Shown piece after piece: positions 9,965 to 20,004 of a DNA stretch of 64,000 nt (its first letter is position 1; each line of letters begins with the position of its first letter). The translations under genes were made by a program, and so were the position numbers. Under the pieces are notes generated by a model, which was not told where the DNA came from, ran no database searches, and saw only the letters and a list, made by a program, of their open reading frames with translations. Source of the DNA: Planctomycetota bacterium. Lineage in GTDB: Bacteria > Planctomycetota > UBA8108 > UBA1146. The stretch spans positions 297 through 64,296 of the forward strand of contig JAAZXB010000005.1 in assembly GCA_014240375.1 (NCBI GenBank), written 5' to 3'.

Positions 9965-10264
9965 TCAGGAGTCGGAGAGGGCATCCAGTTTGCGGCCGAT
10001 GGCATCGATCTGAATGCGCAACTCGACGATCCGTTTGGGATAGCGACTGCGGGTGGTGGTGCGGTCCATATTTTCGTCGCCCAGTTCGACATTCATCTTT
10101 TTTTCGAGCAGTTCCAACTCGACCGTCAGTCCCTCACGCTCCGATTCCAGGTCGGCGCGGATGCGGCTGTCCTGTTGGCGCTGCTGTGCTTTTTTCTTGC
10201 CGAAAAAACCGAAGATCAAGAGCTGCCTCCTCGCAGAAGAAGTTAACCAATCGAAGCGACTCAT
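9965..10264 (-). CDS. Small coiled-coil protein (hypothetical)
   Basis: Internal start MSRFDWLTSSARRQLLIFGFFGKKK... followed by a charged helical region. The upstream part of ORF 9965..10651 overlaps the amidase gene and looks non-coding. Confidence 0.4.
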   Translation of the reverse strand: MSRFDWLTSSARRQLLIFGFFGKKKAQQRQQDSRIRADLESEREGLTVELELLEKKMNVELGDENMDRTTTRSRYPKRIVELRIQIDAIGRKLDALSDS

Positions 10265-10302
10265 GAAAGACACCAGCGGGTTTACACCCCTGGATGGATC
10301 GA

Positions 10303-11550
10303 TCAGCGGGTCTTGCGGGCGGTCGAGGTACGATTCAGTTTCGAGACCAATCGGCTCAGCACCGCCTGCAGGTGAGTCCCTGGACAGCCGGTGTCTCGCA
10401 GATCCTGGTGCCCATAGATTCGGTTGGAAGCGATTCCGTGCACCGATGTCAGCGCCGACAGGAGCGATCCGAGACTGTTGACCTGGGAGGAACTGGGTCG
10501 ATCCTGGTCGAAGTTGCCGATCAGAGCGATGCCGATATTGCCTCGGTTGAGCGAGTTGTTGCCGGCGTGGGCTCCCTGGTACTTGAGCGGGCGCCCCTCC
10601 CAGATGCGGCCGTCGGAACTGATCAGATAGTGGTAACCGATATCTCCCCACTTGAGACTGCCGGTGCAGTAGTCCTGGATCCGTCTCAGGTAGGCCTTCG
10701 GTTCTCGAATTCCGAGTGCTGCGACGGCCGGCTGGTCTGCGGTGTGATGGATGGTGATGCGGGTCGGTCGCGACATCGGGACCACCGAACGGGTTCTGAC
10801 CGGACGGGCGTTCCAGCTGTTTCGCTGGTGAATCTTGAGGCGTGGGTGGGTCGGTCGGATCGAGACCGGAGGTTGTACCGTCGGCACGGCGACCACCGTC
10901 GGCGGTGGCGGTCGAGTGCGCCGCCAGATCGAGGAGTATTCGGGGTAGGAATGACCGCCGGCGGCGGTGCGGTAGAGCGCCGGCACTGCATCTCCGAGTT
11001 GATCGAGGGTGCCGGTGATGAGGAAAGCAGCGCGCGATCGGTCGTCTGCATCGAGCAGGGATGGGTAAGCGGTCTCGAGATGATTGAGCCCGCTATTGAT
11101 CGCCCCCGCACGCAACTGCGCCTCACCGAGGTAGAGGCGAACCCGGGCATGCTGGGAACCGCTCGGAAGCAACTTTCTCGCGACCCCGAGGTGACGAATC
11201 GCTTCATCGAGATCGCCCTCGGCGATGGCACAGCGGCCGAGGCCGATGCGCGCCATTCCCCGCAAACTGAGCGGACGTTCGGGGCTCTCGAGGGAGGAGA
11301 AGATCTGTCGGGCGCGGACGATTTTGCCCTGCTCGAGCGCCCCCCGGGCATCGAGTAGAGCTGCCGGCTGCGCTGTCGGAGTGCGTCGGGGAGGGGTGCC
11401 ACCACAGCCACTCAGAAGCACCATGCAGGAGACGCTGAGGAGCGCTGAGATGGCCAGAATCGGCCCGGAAAGGTGGTTCCCGAAGCGTCCCGATCGACCT
11501 GGATGGCCACTTCTGTGCATCAATTCCAACAATTTTCCCCCTGCAAGCAC
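10303..11550 (-). CDS. N-acetylmuramoyl-L-alanine amidase (Amidase_2/PGRP domain) lipoprotein with TPR-like N-terminal region
   Basis: Lipobox LLSGC; C-terminal ITIHHTA...GYHYLI...GAHAG...NIGIALIGNF amidase_2 motifs. Confidence 0.8.
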   Translation of the reverse strand: MLAGGKLLELMHRSGHPGRSGRFGNHLSGPILAISALLSVSCMVLLSGCGGTPPRRTPTAQPAALLDARGALEQGKIVRARQIFSSLESPERPLSLRGMARIGLGRCAIAEGDLDEAIRHLGVARKLLPSGSQHARVRLYLGEAQLRAGAINSGLNHLETAYPSLLDADDRSRAAFLITGTLDQLGDAVPALYRTAAGGHSYPEYSSIWRRTRPPPPTVVAVPTVQPPVSIRPTHPRLKIHQRNSWNARPVRTRSVVPMSRPTRITIHHTADQPAVAALGIREPKAYLRRIQDYCTGSLKWGDIGYHYLISSDGRIWEGRPLKYQGAHAGNNSLNRGNIGIALIGNFDQDRPSSSQVNSLGSLLSALTSVHGIASNRIYGHQDLRDTGCPGTHLQAVLSRLVSKLNRTSTARKTR

Positions 11551-11658
11551 TGGCTGGCCTCGACAGCATACCGGAACCGGCTTACGGAACCAAATGGGAT
11601 CGCTCTGGACTCCAGGTTAGGGATTTGTTAGGGTTCGAGCCCAACCGATCGAAAGCGA

Positions 11659-14199
11659 GTGGTACCGATGTCCTCCCCTGCAGATTCACGACCGGTCGAC
11701 GCGTCGAAACCAACCGTGCGAAGGGCCCGAGATGCATCGGGTTTGGTTCCAGCGGGTTTGGCGCCGGTTCCGACCGAGATCCTGGCGGGGATCCGTTCAC
11801 GCATCGCCGATCGCGACGAACTGGTGGCACTGCACACCATCGAAGCTCGTGCAGCACAGCAGGCGACCGAGGTGCCACCGCTCGATCCACGACTGCTGGA
11901 CCATCTGCAGTCGCAGGGGATCTGGCCCCTCTACAGTCATCAGGCGCAGGCGATCGATGCGGTGCTGAAGGGTGAGAACATCGTCGTCGCTTCATCGACC
12001 GCCAGTGGCAAGACGTTGTGCAGCACCGTGCCGGTGATCGACACGATGCTGAAGGATCCCTCGGCTCATGCGCTGTTTCTTTATCCGACCAAGGCACTGA
12101 GTCAGGATCAGCACCGCCACTTGCGAGAGTTGATCGATGGGGTCGGTGTGTCGCTCGAGACGGGTATCTACGATGGAGACACCGAGCCGGAGGTGCGGCG
12201 CAGGTTGCGCCGATCGGGTCGGATCATCCTGAGTAATCCAGACATGTTGCATGCCTCCATCTTGCCCAACCATGGCGGTTGGGCGGCGCTCTTCTCGAAC
12301 CTCCGTTACGTGGTCATCGACGAGGTCCACACCCTCCGTGGAATTTTTGGATCGCATGTTGCGAGCGTGATTCGCAGGTTGCGTCGCATCTGTCGTCATC
12401 ACGGATCCGATCCAATCTTCATCGCCGCCAGTGCGACCATCGCCAACCCGGGAGAGCATGTCGAACGGCTGGTGGGTCAACCGGTCCGTGTCATCGACGA
12501 AGATGGAGCCCCGCGGGGTCGCAAGCATGTGGCGCTGTGGAATCCTCCGCTGATCGAGCGGCCGGATGGCACCCGGTCACGGCGTGGACCCGCCTCGGTG
12601 GCGGTCCGTTTGCTACCCGAACTGGTGCGAAAAGGACTGCGAACCATCTGCTTCGCTCGCACTCGCAACGGAGTCGAGTTGATCCTGCGCTACATCCGTG
12701 AGCGAGCGCGAGGAGCGACCGATCGCCAGCAGGTCGCCGATCGGATCGATGCCTATCGTGGCGGTTACCTGCCGAGTGAACGGCGCCGTATCGAATCGAA
12801 ACTGTTTGGTGGGGATCTCGGCGGAGTGGTGACGACCAATGCGCTGGAGGTGGGGATCGATGTCGGCGGACTCGATGGCTGTATCGTGGTCGGTTGGCCC
12901 GGCAGTGTCTGCTCGTTCCTGCAACAGGCGGGGCGCGCCGGACGCAGCCTTGGCGAGTCGCTGGTGTTCCTGATCGCCGGTCAGGATCCCATCGATCAGT
13001 GGTTCATCCGTCATCCGGAAACGCTGTTCGGCAGCAGCCCCGAGAATGCCGTCATCGAGACGGAGAACCCCTACATCACCGCACGGCATCTGATCTGCGC
13101 CGCCTACGAGTTGCCCATCTCGGGGGCAGACTCGGATCTGCTGGGAGAACAGGTCGAGGGGATGTGCACGGTGCTGCAGGAGGAGAATCGACTGCGCGAG
13201 GAAGGGGGGCACTGGTACCTCAGTCGTGAGGAGTACCCTGCCGCACAGGTGCGCTTACGAACCGCCAGCGAGGAAAACTTCACCATCCTCGAGATCGGTC
13301 CCGATCGCATCATCGGAGAACTCGATTACGTGGCCGCGATGGTCAGCCTCTACGAGGGTGCCATCTACATCCATCGGACCGAGACCTTCGTTGTCGAACA
13401 GATGGATCACGTCAACTGCCTGGTCAAGATCCGTCGCACCGATACCGGTTATTACACCCAGGCACTGACCCAGAAGCGGATCACGGTGGGCGAGGAATGG
13501 GCGACCAGGAACAGTCCTGGGGCGACATTGCGGCTCGCCGAGGTCGAGGTGCGGACCCGCATCACCGGCTTCAAGAAGGTGCGCTTTCATTCGGTCGAAA
13601 ACATCGGGTATGGCGAGGTCGACCTGCCTCCGCTCGAACTGGACACGGTCAGCCACGAGATCCAGCTGGAGCGGCAGACGGTCACCGCGTCGGAGAGATT
13701 TGGCAGCGGATTTCTACTCTCGTCGATGCACGGAGTGGCACGGCTCTTTCGTGATCTGTTGGCGCTGCGAGCGATGTGCGATCCCAATGATCTCGATCAC
13801 CATGTCGATGACGATCGAATTCACATCTACGACCTCTATCCAGGAGGCATCGGATATTCGGAACTGGGACATGAAAAACATGAGCAAGTGCTCGAAGATG
13901 TGCTGGAAGCGGTGGTGGGATGCGATTGCGCCGCAGGCTGTCCCGCCTGTGTGTTACCCGGGTCATCGAGGGTTGCCTCGGTGCTGGATCAGGAACTGAT
14001 GGAGTTTCCCTATCCGAAGGAAGCGACACGGTGGCTGCTCCATCGATTGACCGGACGCGACGAGTACGTTCCCGATCTGACCGGTGTGGCGGCACCCCCA
14101 TCTCCCCGGCCCGAATCACCGCCGGTGCTGCTCGATGAGCGAACCGAGCGGAAGGTTCGCAAGGTCGCACGGTGGACGATGCGAAGGGGGAGAAGTTGA
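11659..14199 (+). CDS. mrfA: DEXH-box helicase with C-terminal DUF1998 zinc-cluster domain (MrfA/YprA-like)
   Basis: Walker A ASSTASGKT; DEVH box (VVIDEVHTL); helicase C motifs (QQAGRAGR); C-terminal CDCAAGCPACV Cys cluster typical of DUF1998. Confidence 0.85.
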   Translation: MVPMSSPADSRPVDASKPTVRRARDASGLVPAGLAPVPTEILAGIRSRIADRDELVALHTIEARAAQQATEVPPLDPRLLDHLQSQGIWPLYSHQAQAIDAVLKGENIVVASSTASGKTLCSTVPVIDTMLKDPSAHALFLYPTKALSQDQHRHLRELIDGVGVSLETGIYDGDTEPEVRRRLRRSGRIILSNPDMLHASILPNHGGWAALFSNLRYVVIDEVHTLRGIFGSHVASVIRRLRRICRHHGSDPIFIAASATIANPGEHVERLVGQPVRVIDEDGAPRGRKHVALWNPPLIERPDGTRSRRGPASVAVRLLPELVRKGLRTICFARTRNGVELILRYIRERARGATDRQQVADRIDAYRGGYLPSERRRIESKLFGGDLGGVVTTNALEVGIDVGGLDGCIVVGWPGSVCSFLQQAGRAGRSLGESLVFLIAGQDPIDQWFIRHPETLFGSSPENAVIETENPYITARHLICAAYELPISGADSDLLGEQVEGMCTVLQEENRLREEGGHWYLSREEYPAAQVRLRTASEENFTILEIGPDRIIGELDYVAAMVSLYEGAIYIHRTETFVVEQMDHVNCLVKIRRTDTGYYTQALTQKRITVGEEWATRNSPGATLRLAEVEVRTRITGFKKVRFHSVENIGYGEVDLPPLELDTVSHEIQLERQTVTASERFGSGFLLSSMHGVARLFRDLLALRAMCDPNDLDHHVDDDRIHIYDLYPGGIGYSELGHEKHEQVLEDVLEAVVGCDCAAGCPACVLPGSSRVASVLDQELMEFPYPKEATRWLLHRLTGRDEYVPDLTGVAAPPSPRPESPPVLLDERTERKVRKVARWTMRRGRS

Positions 14200-14273
14200 A
14201 AGGGGACCGGTTGCATCGCCTGCGACGATCTTTGAGGAAAAGCGCTCCACCCAGCGGTGCTCGACCGGCGACG

Positions 14274-14918
14274 ATGGTGGCTGATTACGATGGTATCGTC
14301 GATGGTCAGGTGGGCCGGCAGTGGATCGAGCAGTGGATCGAGCAGTGGATCGAGCAGTGGATCGAGCAGACCCCGGATGATGTCATCTTTCTCGACCTGG
14401 AGACCACCGGCTTGCGAGCGGACCGTTCGCTCACCTCGCTGATCGGGATCCTCTATCGGCAACAGGACTCCCTGCGCCTGGAGCAGTGGTACAGCGGCGA
14501 TGTGGCAGCGGAGCGACGACAACTGGAGCGATTGCAGCGGCTCCTCGAGCGATTCAACCTTGTCGTGACCTATAACGGCAATGGATTCGATCTGCCCTTC
14601 CTCCGCCGCCGCTGGCGCTGGCACCAGTTGGCGGGAATCTCTGAAGGTTGTCAGTCGCTCGACCTGCTGGTCGATGTTCGGAGCCGATACCGCAAGGAGT
14701 GGCCCAATTGTCGTCTGACGACGGCGGAGGAACGATTACTGGGAATCCCTCGTTGCAGTGACGATGTGCCCGGTAGCGAGGCTCCCTTGCGTTTTCAGGA
14801 CATGAGGGAGGGGGCTCCGTTGTCGGTGATCGAGCCGGTTCTGCTCCACAATCGACGCGATTTGATTTCGCTGGTGGGATTGAGAATCGAACTGCTCAAG
14901 GTGACAATCGAATCCTGA
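14274..14918 (+). CDS. mrfB: DnaQ-like 3'-5' exonuclease (RNase H-like), MrfB/YprB-like partner of the upstream helicase
   Basis: Exo I motif VIFLDLETTGL; overlaps the helicase 3' end. N-terminus contains (QWIE)4 encoded by a perfect 12-nt x4 tandem repeat. Start codon uncertain (ATG 14274 or upstream 14172). Confidence 0.7.
   Translation: MVADYDGIVDGQVGRQWIEQWIEQWIEQWIEQTPDDVIFLDLETTGLRADRSLTSLIGILYRQQDSLRLEQWYSGDVAAERRQLERLQRLLERFNLVVTYNGNGFDLPFLRRRWRWHQLAGISEGCQSLDLLVDVRSRYRKEWPNCRLTTAEERLLGIPRCSDDVPGSEAPLRFQDMREGAPLSVIEPVLLHNRRDLISLVGLRIELLKVTIES
14319..14366 (+). repeat. Coding tandem repeat cagtggatcgag x4 -> (QWIE)4
   Basis: Four perfect 12-nt copies read directly in the sequence. 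Confidence 0.9.
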
Positions 14919-14964
14919 GAGACCGGAAGTGGCTGTACCACCCTGGTCTCGACCGGGAGGTCTC

Positions 14965-15579
14965 ATGCAAGACGATCTGGATTTTCCACTGAAGCCCATC
15001 GATCCTCCGGTGTTATGCCCCGGTGATGTTCTCATCGCCACCCCTGCTCTTCGCGACCCCAACTTTCATCGCAGTGTCATCTTGCTCTGTGATCACGACG
15101 ATGTCGGTTCCTTCGGCCTGGTGGTGAATCGACCCACAGACATCCCGCTCGGTCGAGTGCTGGAAGACATCGATATCGATGGTGTGACGAGTCCGTGTTT
15201 GCAATTCGGAGGACCGGTCGACCACGAAAAGATCTTTGCTTTGTGTCAGACCGTCACCGACGAAGGGCGCGACCTCGACGCCACACAGCGAGAAATCAGC
15301 AGTGGGCTGTTCATCCCCGATGACCTGGAGCAGACACTCGGCAAGATCAGGGCTGGAAAAGATGCGCTACGGAACTATCGCTTTTTCCTTGGCTACACCG
15401 GCTGGGGACAGGGGCAGTTGCAGCAGGAGGTGGTCGAGCAATCGTGGGTGATCTCGAGGGGGAACCCGATCCAGTTGCTGGAAACTCCGGCGGATCAGAT
15501 GTGGGCTGCTGCGTTGAGAGAAATGGGGGGGGAACAGCTCCTCTGGTCGATGATACCTCCGGAACCGGACTGGAACTGA
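14965..15579 (+). CDS. YqgE/AlgH family protein (UPF0301/DUF179)
   Basis: DVLIATPALRDPNFHRSVILLCDHDDVGSFGLVVNRP...FFLGYTGWGQGQL is characteristic of the family. Start set at the internal MQDDLDF. Confidence 0.8.
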   Translation: MQDDLDFPLKPIDPPVLCPGDVLIATPALRDPNFHRSVILLCDHDDVGSFGLVVNRPTDIPLGRVLEDIDIDGVTSPCLQFGGPVDHEKIFALCQTVTDEGRDLDATQREISSGLFIPDDLEQTLGKIRAGKDALRNYRFFLGYTGWGQGQLQQEVVEQSWVISRGNPIQLLETPADQMWAAALREMGGEQLLWSMIPPEPDWN

Positions 15580-15610
15580 CCGGTTCCGGAGGCTCAACGA
15601 TGCGATCGGC

Positions 15611-16207
15611 TTACTCGGCAGTGATGGTCGACTGGATCATCAACAACGGCTCGGCTGGATTACCTCCACCGGAACCGCGCTGCTCCAGCGCTTCCACGAC
15701 TGGCTGACCCTCGATCACTTCACCGTAGATGGTGTGGTTGTCATCGAGGTGTGGAGTGGCAGTGAAGGTGAGGAAGAACTGGCTTCCGTCGGTGTTGGGG
15801 CCGGCGTTGGCCATCGACAGCAGACCGCGACGGTCGTGTCGAGCCGACGGCGAGAACTCGCCCTGGAAGCGATATCCAGGACCTCCCATGCCGGTGCCAT
15901 CGGGGCAGCCACCCTGGGCCATGAACCCGGTGATGACGCGATGGAAGGTGAGGTCGTTGTAGAAGCCCAACTCGGTCAGGTACATCGTATTGCGTACATG
16001 ATCGGGAGCGACATCCGGCATCAGGCGAACCTTGATGGTTCCATGGTTGGTCTCGATCATCCAGAAGATCTGATCCTCCGCAGAGACTGCAGTCTCCGGG
16101 AAGCGTGGCAGCGAGGTCTTCCAGCTCTTCGATGAGGTATCGATCTCGCCTGCGTCCTTCAACGCAGAAACCGCTTCTCTCATCGCATCGATGGTGCTGT
16201 TACTCAT
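15611..16207 (-). CDS. ppiB: Peptidyl-prolyl cis-trans isomerase, cyclophilin type (cytoplasmic)
   Basis: FHRVITGFMAQGGCP...GLLSMANAGPNTDGSQFFLTF...HLDDNHTIYGEV. Confidence 0.9.
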   Translation of the reverse strand: MSNSTIDAMREAVSALKDAGEIDTSSKSWKTSLPRFPETAVSAEDQIFWMIETNHGTIKVRLMPDVAPDHVRNTMYLTELGFYNDLTFHRVITGFMAQGGCPDGTGMGGPGYRFQGEFSPSARHDRRGLLSMANAGPNTDGSQFFLTFTATPHLDDNHTIYGEVIEGQPVVEALEQRGSGGGNPAEPLLMIQSTITAE

Positions 16208-16974
16208 CGTGACTCCTTCTTCGATTGTGGCTTCTTCGCCGGTGCTTTTTTCGGTGCAGGCTTCTTCTCTTTTTTGACCTTGCTCTTCGACTCGACCACG
16301 ATGGTAGCCTTCTCGATCGTCAACTCTTCGGAAGGTTTACTGCTTCTTGTTCCAAGCGCTTCAATCTGCTTGAGCACCGATTCTCCCGAGCGGAGTTTGC
16401 CGAAGATGGTGTGCTTTCCGTCGAGCCAGGGTGTCTCTTTGAAGGTGATGAAGAACTGCGAACCATCGGTCCCTTGACCGGCGTTGGCCATCGACAGCAG
16501 ACCGCCGCGGTTGTGTTTGACCGAGGAGACGTATTCTCCGGCAAACTTGTACCCGGGACCGCCATTGCCTCTGCCCAGGGGGCAGCCTCCCTGGGCCATG
16601 AAGCCGGGGATCACCCGGTGGAAGTTGAGACCGTTGAAGAATCCCACCTGCGTGAGGTAGATGAAGTTGGAGACGTGGTTGGGGGCTGTCTGTGGCAGGA
16701 ATTCCAGTTCCATCTCTCCCACAGAGGTCTCCAGTTTCCAGATATAGGAGGTTCCCTTGGTGTATTCCAGTGCTGGGAATTTCGGGAGACGGGTTTTCCA
16801 GTTGGCGATGTCTTTCTGGATCTTTCCCGATGCTGTTTGGGTGGCGATGTACTGATTCACTGCGGTGATGGCCGGGTCGTCCGCGGCGACCGCGGTGGCA
16901 CTTCCGTCGATAGCGGTGAAGGCACAGAGGACCACGATCGAGAGGCTCAAACTGGCCATGATCATCGTTTTCAT
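16204..16974 (-). CDS. ppiA: Peptidyl-prolyl cis-trans isomerase, cyclophilin type, secreted, with Lys-rich C-terminal tail
   Basis: Signal peptide MKTMIMASLSLSIVVLCAFTA; cyclophilin core FHRVIPGFMAQGG...SMANAGQGTDGSQFFITF; KKEKKPAPKKAPAKKPQSKK tail. ATGA overlap with ppiB. Confidence 0.9.
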   Translation of the reverse strand: MKTMIMASLSLSIVVLCAFTAIDGSATAVAADDPAITAVNQYIATQTASGKIQKDIANWKTRLPKFPALEYTKGTSYIWKLETSVGEMELEFLPQTAPNHVSNFIYLTQVGFFNGLNFHRVIPGFMAQGGCPLGRGNGGPGYKFAGEYVSSVKHNRGGLLSMANAGQGTDGSQFFITFKETPWLDGKHTIFGKLRSGESVLKQIEALGTRSSKPSEELTIEKATIVVESKSKVKKEKKPAPKKAPAKKPQSKKESR

Positions 16975-17029
16975 GAAGAACTCCTTTTCTTATCGGTTCA
17001 AGAACAACTGTTTGTGTGGACCAGAGGAT

Positions 17030-18751
17030 TTAGCAAGAGGAACTCTCGAGCGAGTCGATCTCTTCTCTGACCATTCCGATCAGATCTTCCAGCATCTCCT
17101 GTGAAAAGTCGAATTTGATTCCAGCACCTGCGTACAGTTCGGGAAGCGAACGGGTGTTGCCGAGTGCCAGGCCCGCACGGTAGTTCTGGATGGCACCGTC
17201 GGGATCCTTGCGGTGGTTGCGCCACACCTGCAGTGCGCCCAACTGGGCGATGGCGTACTCGATGTAGTAGAAGGGAACTCCGAAGAGGTGTGATTGACGC
17301 ATCCAACGACTGGAGCGAATGTGCTCCAGCCCGCTCCAGTCCATCTCGTTGGTGCCGAAGCGATCCATGATGGCGTGCCAGTTGGAGGTTCGTTGATCGC
17401 GAGAGTGCCCGGGATGGGTGTAGAGCCAGTGCTGGAACGAATCGATCATGGCTACCCATGGGAACAGACTGATGACTCCCTCGAGGTGCTCGATCCGAGC
17501 TCGAGTGACCTGCGCCGGGTCCTTGTAGAAGACATCGAGATGGGGTGCTCCGAGTAGTTCCATCGCCATCGAGGCGACTTCACAGAACTCGATGGGAGCG
17601 CCGCGATTGGCGATCAAATCGTGATGGCGAGACTCGATGCTGTGAAATGCATGGCCGCCCTCGTGCAGGAGGGTCTCGACATCTCCCTGCTTTCCAGCAG
17701 CATTCATGAAGATGAAGGGAACGCGGATCTCTTCGAAGTTGTACTGGTAGCCGCCGGGTGCCTTGTTCTTGCGTGAATCGAGATCGAGAAGGTCACCGTC
17801 GATCAACAGCGAAAACATCTTCGCCAGATCTGGATGAACCTGTCCGAAGATCTGGCTGCAGCCGTCGACCAGTGGAGTTCCGCCTTCCAGGGGGCGAAGT
17901 GGGGAACGACCCTTCGGATCGACCGAAGAATCCCACGGGCGGAGTTGATCGACTCCGAGGGATTCGCGTCGTTTGGCCGCACGCTCTTTGACCAGCGGCA
18001 AGATCACCTTCTCGATGGAGTCGTGAAATTGCATGCACTGCTCAGGGCCGTAATCGAATCGCTCCAGCTGGCGAAAGCGCAAGGTCCTGTAGTTGTCGAG
18101 TCCGGTGTTGAGTGCCATCTGATGACGTAATTGAAGTTGTTGATCAAAGATGTCCTGGATCTTTTCGTTGTCCTGGCCGAAGCGATCCCAGATGACGCGG
18201 AATGCCGCTTCTCGTCGATCTCGATCGGTCTCCTGGAGGATTCTTCCCATGTAGGGAATGGTTCTGGTTTCTCCATCGAACTCGACCGTCATCGCTCCGA
18301 CGACCTTGTCGTACTCGGCGTCGAGTTTCGACTCCTCGGTTTGCAGCGGAATATTATCTTCACGGAACAGTTCCACGCTATTTCTCACCGACTTGATCCA
18401 ACTGCCGAACTTCTCGGTGGGAAGTGAATCGAGGGCGGGAGAAGCGATGAATTTTCGATCCATGTCAAACATGATCTTCTTGAGACCGGGTCTGATCTTC
18501 TCGATCCACTCCATGTATCGGGCAGTGATCTCTTCGTCGTTGGTGAAGCAGGTGTGCTGGACGAAACGACGGGCACCTTCCTCGGCCAGAACCGAATCGA
18601 TCTCGCTCCATTCGGAGCACCATGCCAGCAGCGAATCTGGATTGTCGATCTCTCGGGTCAGTAGATCGGTGTAAATCGCCTCGATCGCTTCGAGGCTATC
18701 GGCTGAAAATTCCTCGTTGAGGAATCGCCGGGGGAACGCAGTCTTCTCCAT
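17030..18751 (-). CDS. pepF: Oligoendopeptidase F (M3 family zinc metallopeptidase)
   Basis: HEGGHAFH (HExxH) motif and M3B-type architecture. Start refined to MEKTAFPRRFL (ATG 18751). Confidence 0.85.
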   Translation of the reverse strand: MEKTAFPRRFLNEEFSADSLEAIEAIYTDLLTREIDNPDSLLAWCSEWSEIDSVLAEEGARRFVQHTCFTNDEEITARYMEWIEKIRPGLKKIMFDMDRKFIASPALDSLPTEKFGSWIKSVRNSVELFREDNIPLQTEESKLDAEYDKVVGAMTVEFDGETRTIPYMGRILQETDRDRREAAFRVIWDRFGQDNEKIQDIFDQQLQLRHQMALNTGLDNYRTLRFRQLERFDYGPEQCMQFHDSIEKVILPLVKERAAKRRESLGVDQLRPWDSSVDPKGRSPLRPLEGGTPLVDGCSQIFGQVHPDLAKMFSLLIDGDLLDLDSRKNKAPGGYQYNFEEIRVPFIFMNAAGKQGDVETLLHEGGHAFHSIESRHHDLIANRGAPIEFCEVASMAMELLGAPHLDVFYKDPAQVTRARIEHLEGVISLFPWVAMIDSFQHWLYTHPGHSRDQRTSNWHAIMDRFGTNEMDWSGLEHIRSSRWMRQSHLFGVPFYYIEYAIAQLGALQVWRNHRKDPDGAIQNYRAGLALGNTRSLPELYAGAGIKFDFSQEMLEDLIGMVREEIDSLESSSC

Positions 18752-18866
18752 CGATGTTTTTCCCTTCTTGGGGCTGAATCGGCAGTTGCTCTGTACAGTC
18801 TGGAGGTGGATTCTAACCGCTGCACCGGGTGGAATCACCGAGACCCGTGGGAAACGGAGTGAGCAG

Positions 18867-19883
18867 TTGAGAAGATATCAGGGAGAGACGGGCCAGGTGG
18901 AGGTGGTCGAGCAGCGGTCGAAGCAGCTGGAAGGAAACCCGCTGGGGGATCCTCCGCTGCGAAATATCGCCATCTGGACCCCTCCTGGCTATTCCGCGGG
19001 GGGGTCTCAACGGTATCCACTGCTGGTCGATCTGGCCGGATTCACCGGCAGCGGACTCAAACATCTGGCCTGGTCGGCATTCACCGAGAACCTGCCGGAG
19101 AGGCTCGATCGGCTGGTCGGAACCGAGCAGATGAAGCCGTGCATCGTGGCGATGCCGGATGGCTTCACCTCCCTGGGAGGAAATCAGTACATCGATTCTC
19201 CAGCGGTGGGGCCCTGGGCCAGTTACCTGGTCGAAGAGCTGGTGCCCTTCATCGATGATCGCTGGCGAACGCTTGCCCAGCGAGATCATCGGGGAGTGTT
19301 CGGGAAATCCTCCGGTGGCTACGGAGCACTGGTCCACGGCATGCTTCACTCCGACACGTGGGGGGCGATCGCCTGCCACAGCGGCGACATGTACTTTCCT
19401 TACGGCTATCTACCCGATTTCCCCCTGGCGATCGATGTGCTGCGAAGGTGCGGCGGAAAGACCACCTTCCTCGAGAAGTTTCGCAAGAAGGTCAAGCCGC
19501 GTCACGATGATGTGATGACACTGATGATTCTCGCGATGGCCGCTTCCTATGACCCGGATCTGCAGAGACCGGGGGAATACCACCTGCCCTTTGATCTGGA
19601 AACCGGTGAAATCATCGATGAGAGGTGGCAGCGGTGGTTGGAACACGACCCGGTTCAGATGGTCGATCGACATCACACCGCTCTGAAATCACTGAAGTGC
19701 CTCTTCATCGATTGCGGTTTTCGGGATCAGTACCGTCTTCACCATGGAGCGAGAATGCTGGCAAAGAAGCTCGAGAAATTCGAGGTCCCGCATCTGCATC
19801 AGGAATTCGATGACGACCACTCTGCTGTGGATTACCGACTGGATGTGTCGCTTCCCATCCTGGCGGAAGCATTGTCCCCCTGA
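18867..19883 (+). CDS. Esterase D / putative esterase family (alpha/beta hydrolase)
   Basis: VFGKSSGGYGAL (GxSxG nucleophile elbow); N-terminal ...EVVEQRSKQLEGNPLGDP typical of esterase D-like proteins. Start uncertain (TTG 18867 with GGAG upstream, or GTG 18897). ORF 18717 overlaps the pepF start. Confidence 0.65.
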   Translation: MRRYQGETGQVEVVEQRSKQLEGNPLGDPPLRNIAIWTPPGYSAGGSQRYPLLVDLAGFTGSGLKHLAWSAFTENLPERLDRLVGTEQMKPCIVAMPDGFTSLGGNQYIDSPAVGPWASYLVEELVPFIDDRWRTLAQRDHRGVFGKSSGGYGALVHGMLHSDTWGAIACHSGDMYFPYGYLPDFPLAIDVLRRCGGKTTFLEKFRKKVKPRHDDVMTLMILAMAASYDPDLQRPGEYHLPFDLETGEIIDERWQRWLEHDPVQMVDRHHTALKSLKCLFIDCGFRDQYRLHHGARMLAKKLEKFEVPHLHQEFDDDHSAVDYRLDVSLPILAEALSP

Positions 19884-19922
19884 TGGGGCACATTGCAGAC
19901 CCCGGGAGAACCTGTCGAGATG

Positions 19923-19966
19923 AAAAAGACCCCCGCCGTCGTTGACGGCGGGGGTCTTCTCTTTGG
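19923..19966. terminator. Bidirectional rho-independent terminator between convergent genes
   Basis: aaaaAGACCCCCGCCGTC-gttg-GACGGCGGGGGTCTtctcttt: perfect 14-bp GC stem with A/T-rich flanks. Confidence 0.8.
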
Positions 19967-20004
19967 CGGAGCCAGCCGGTGGTTCTGGTGAACCTGGTGT
20001 GGTG

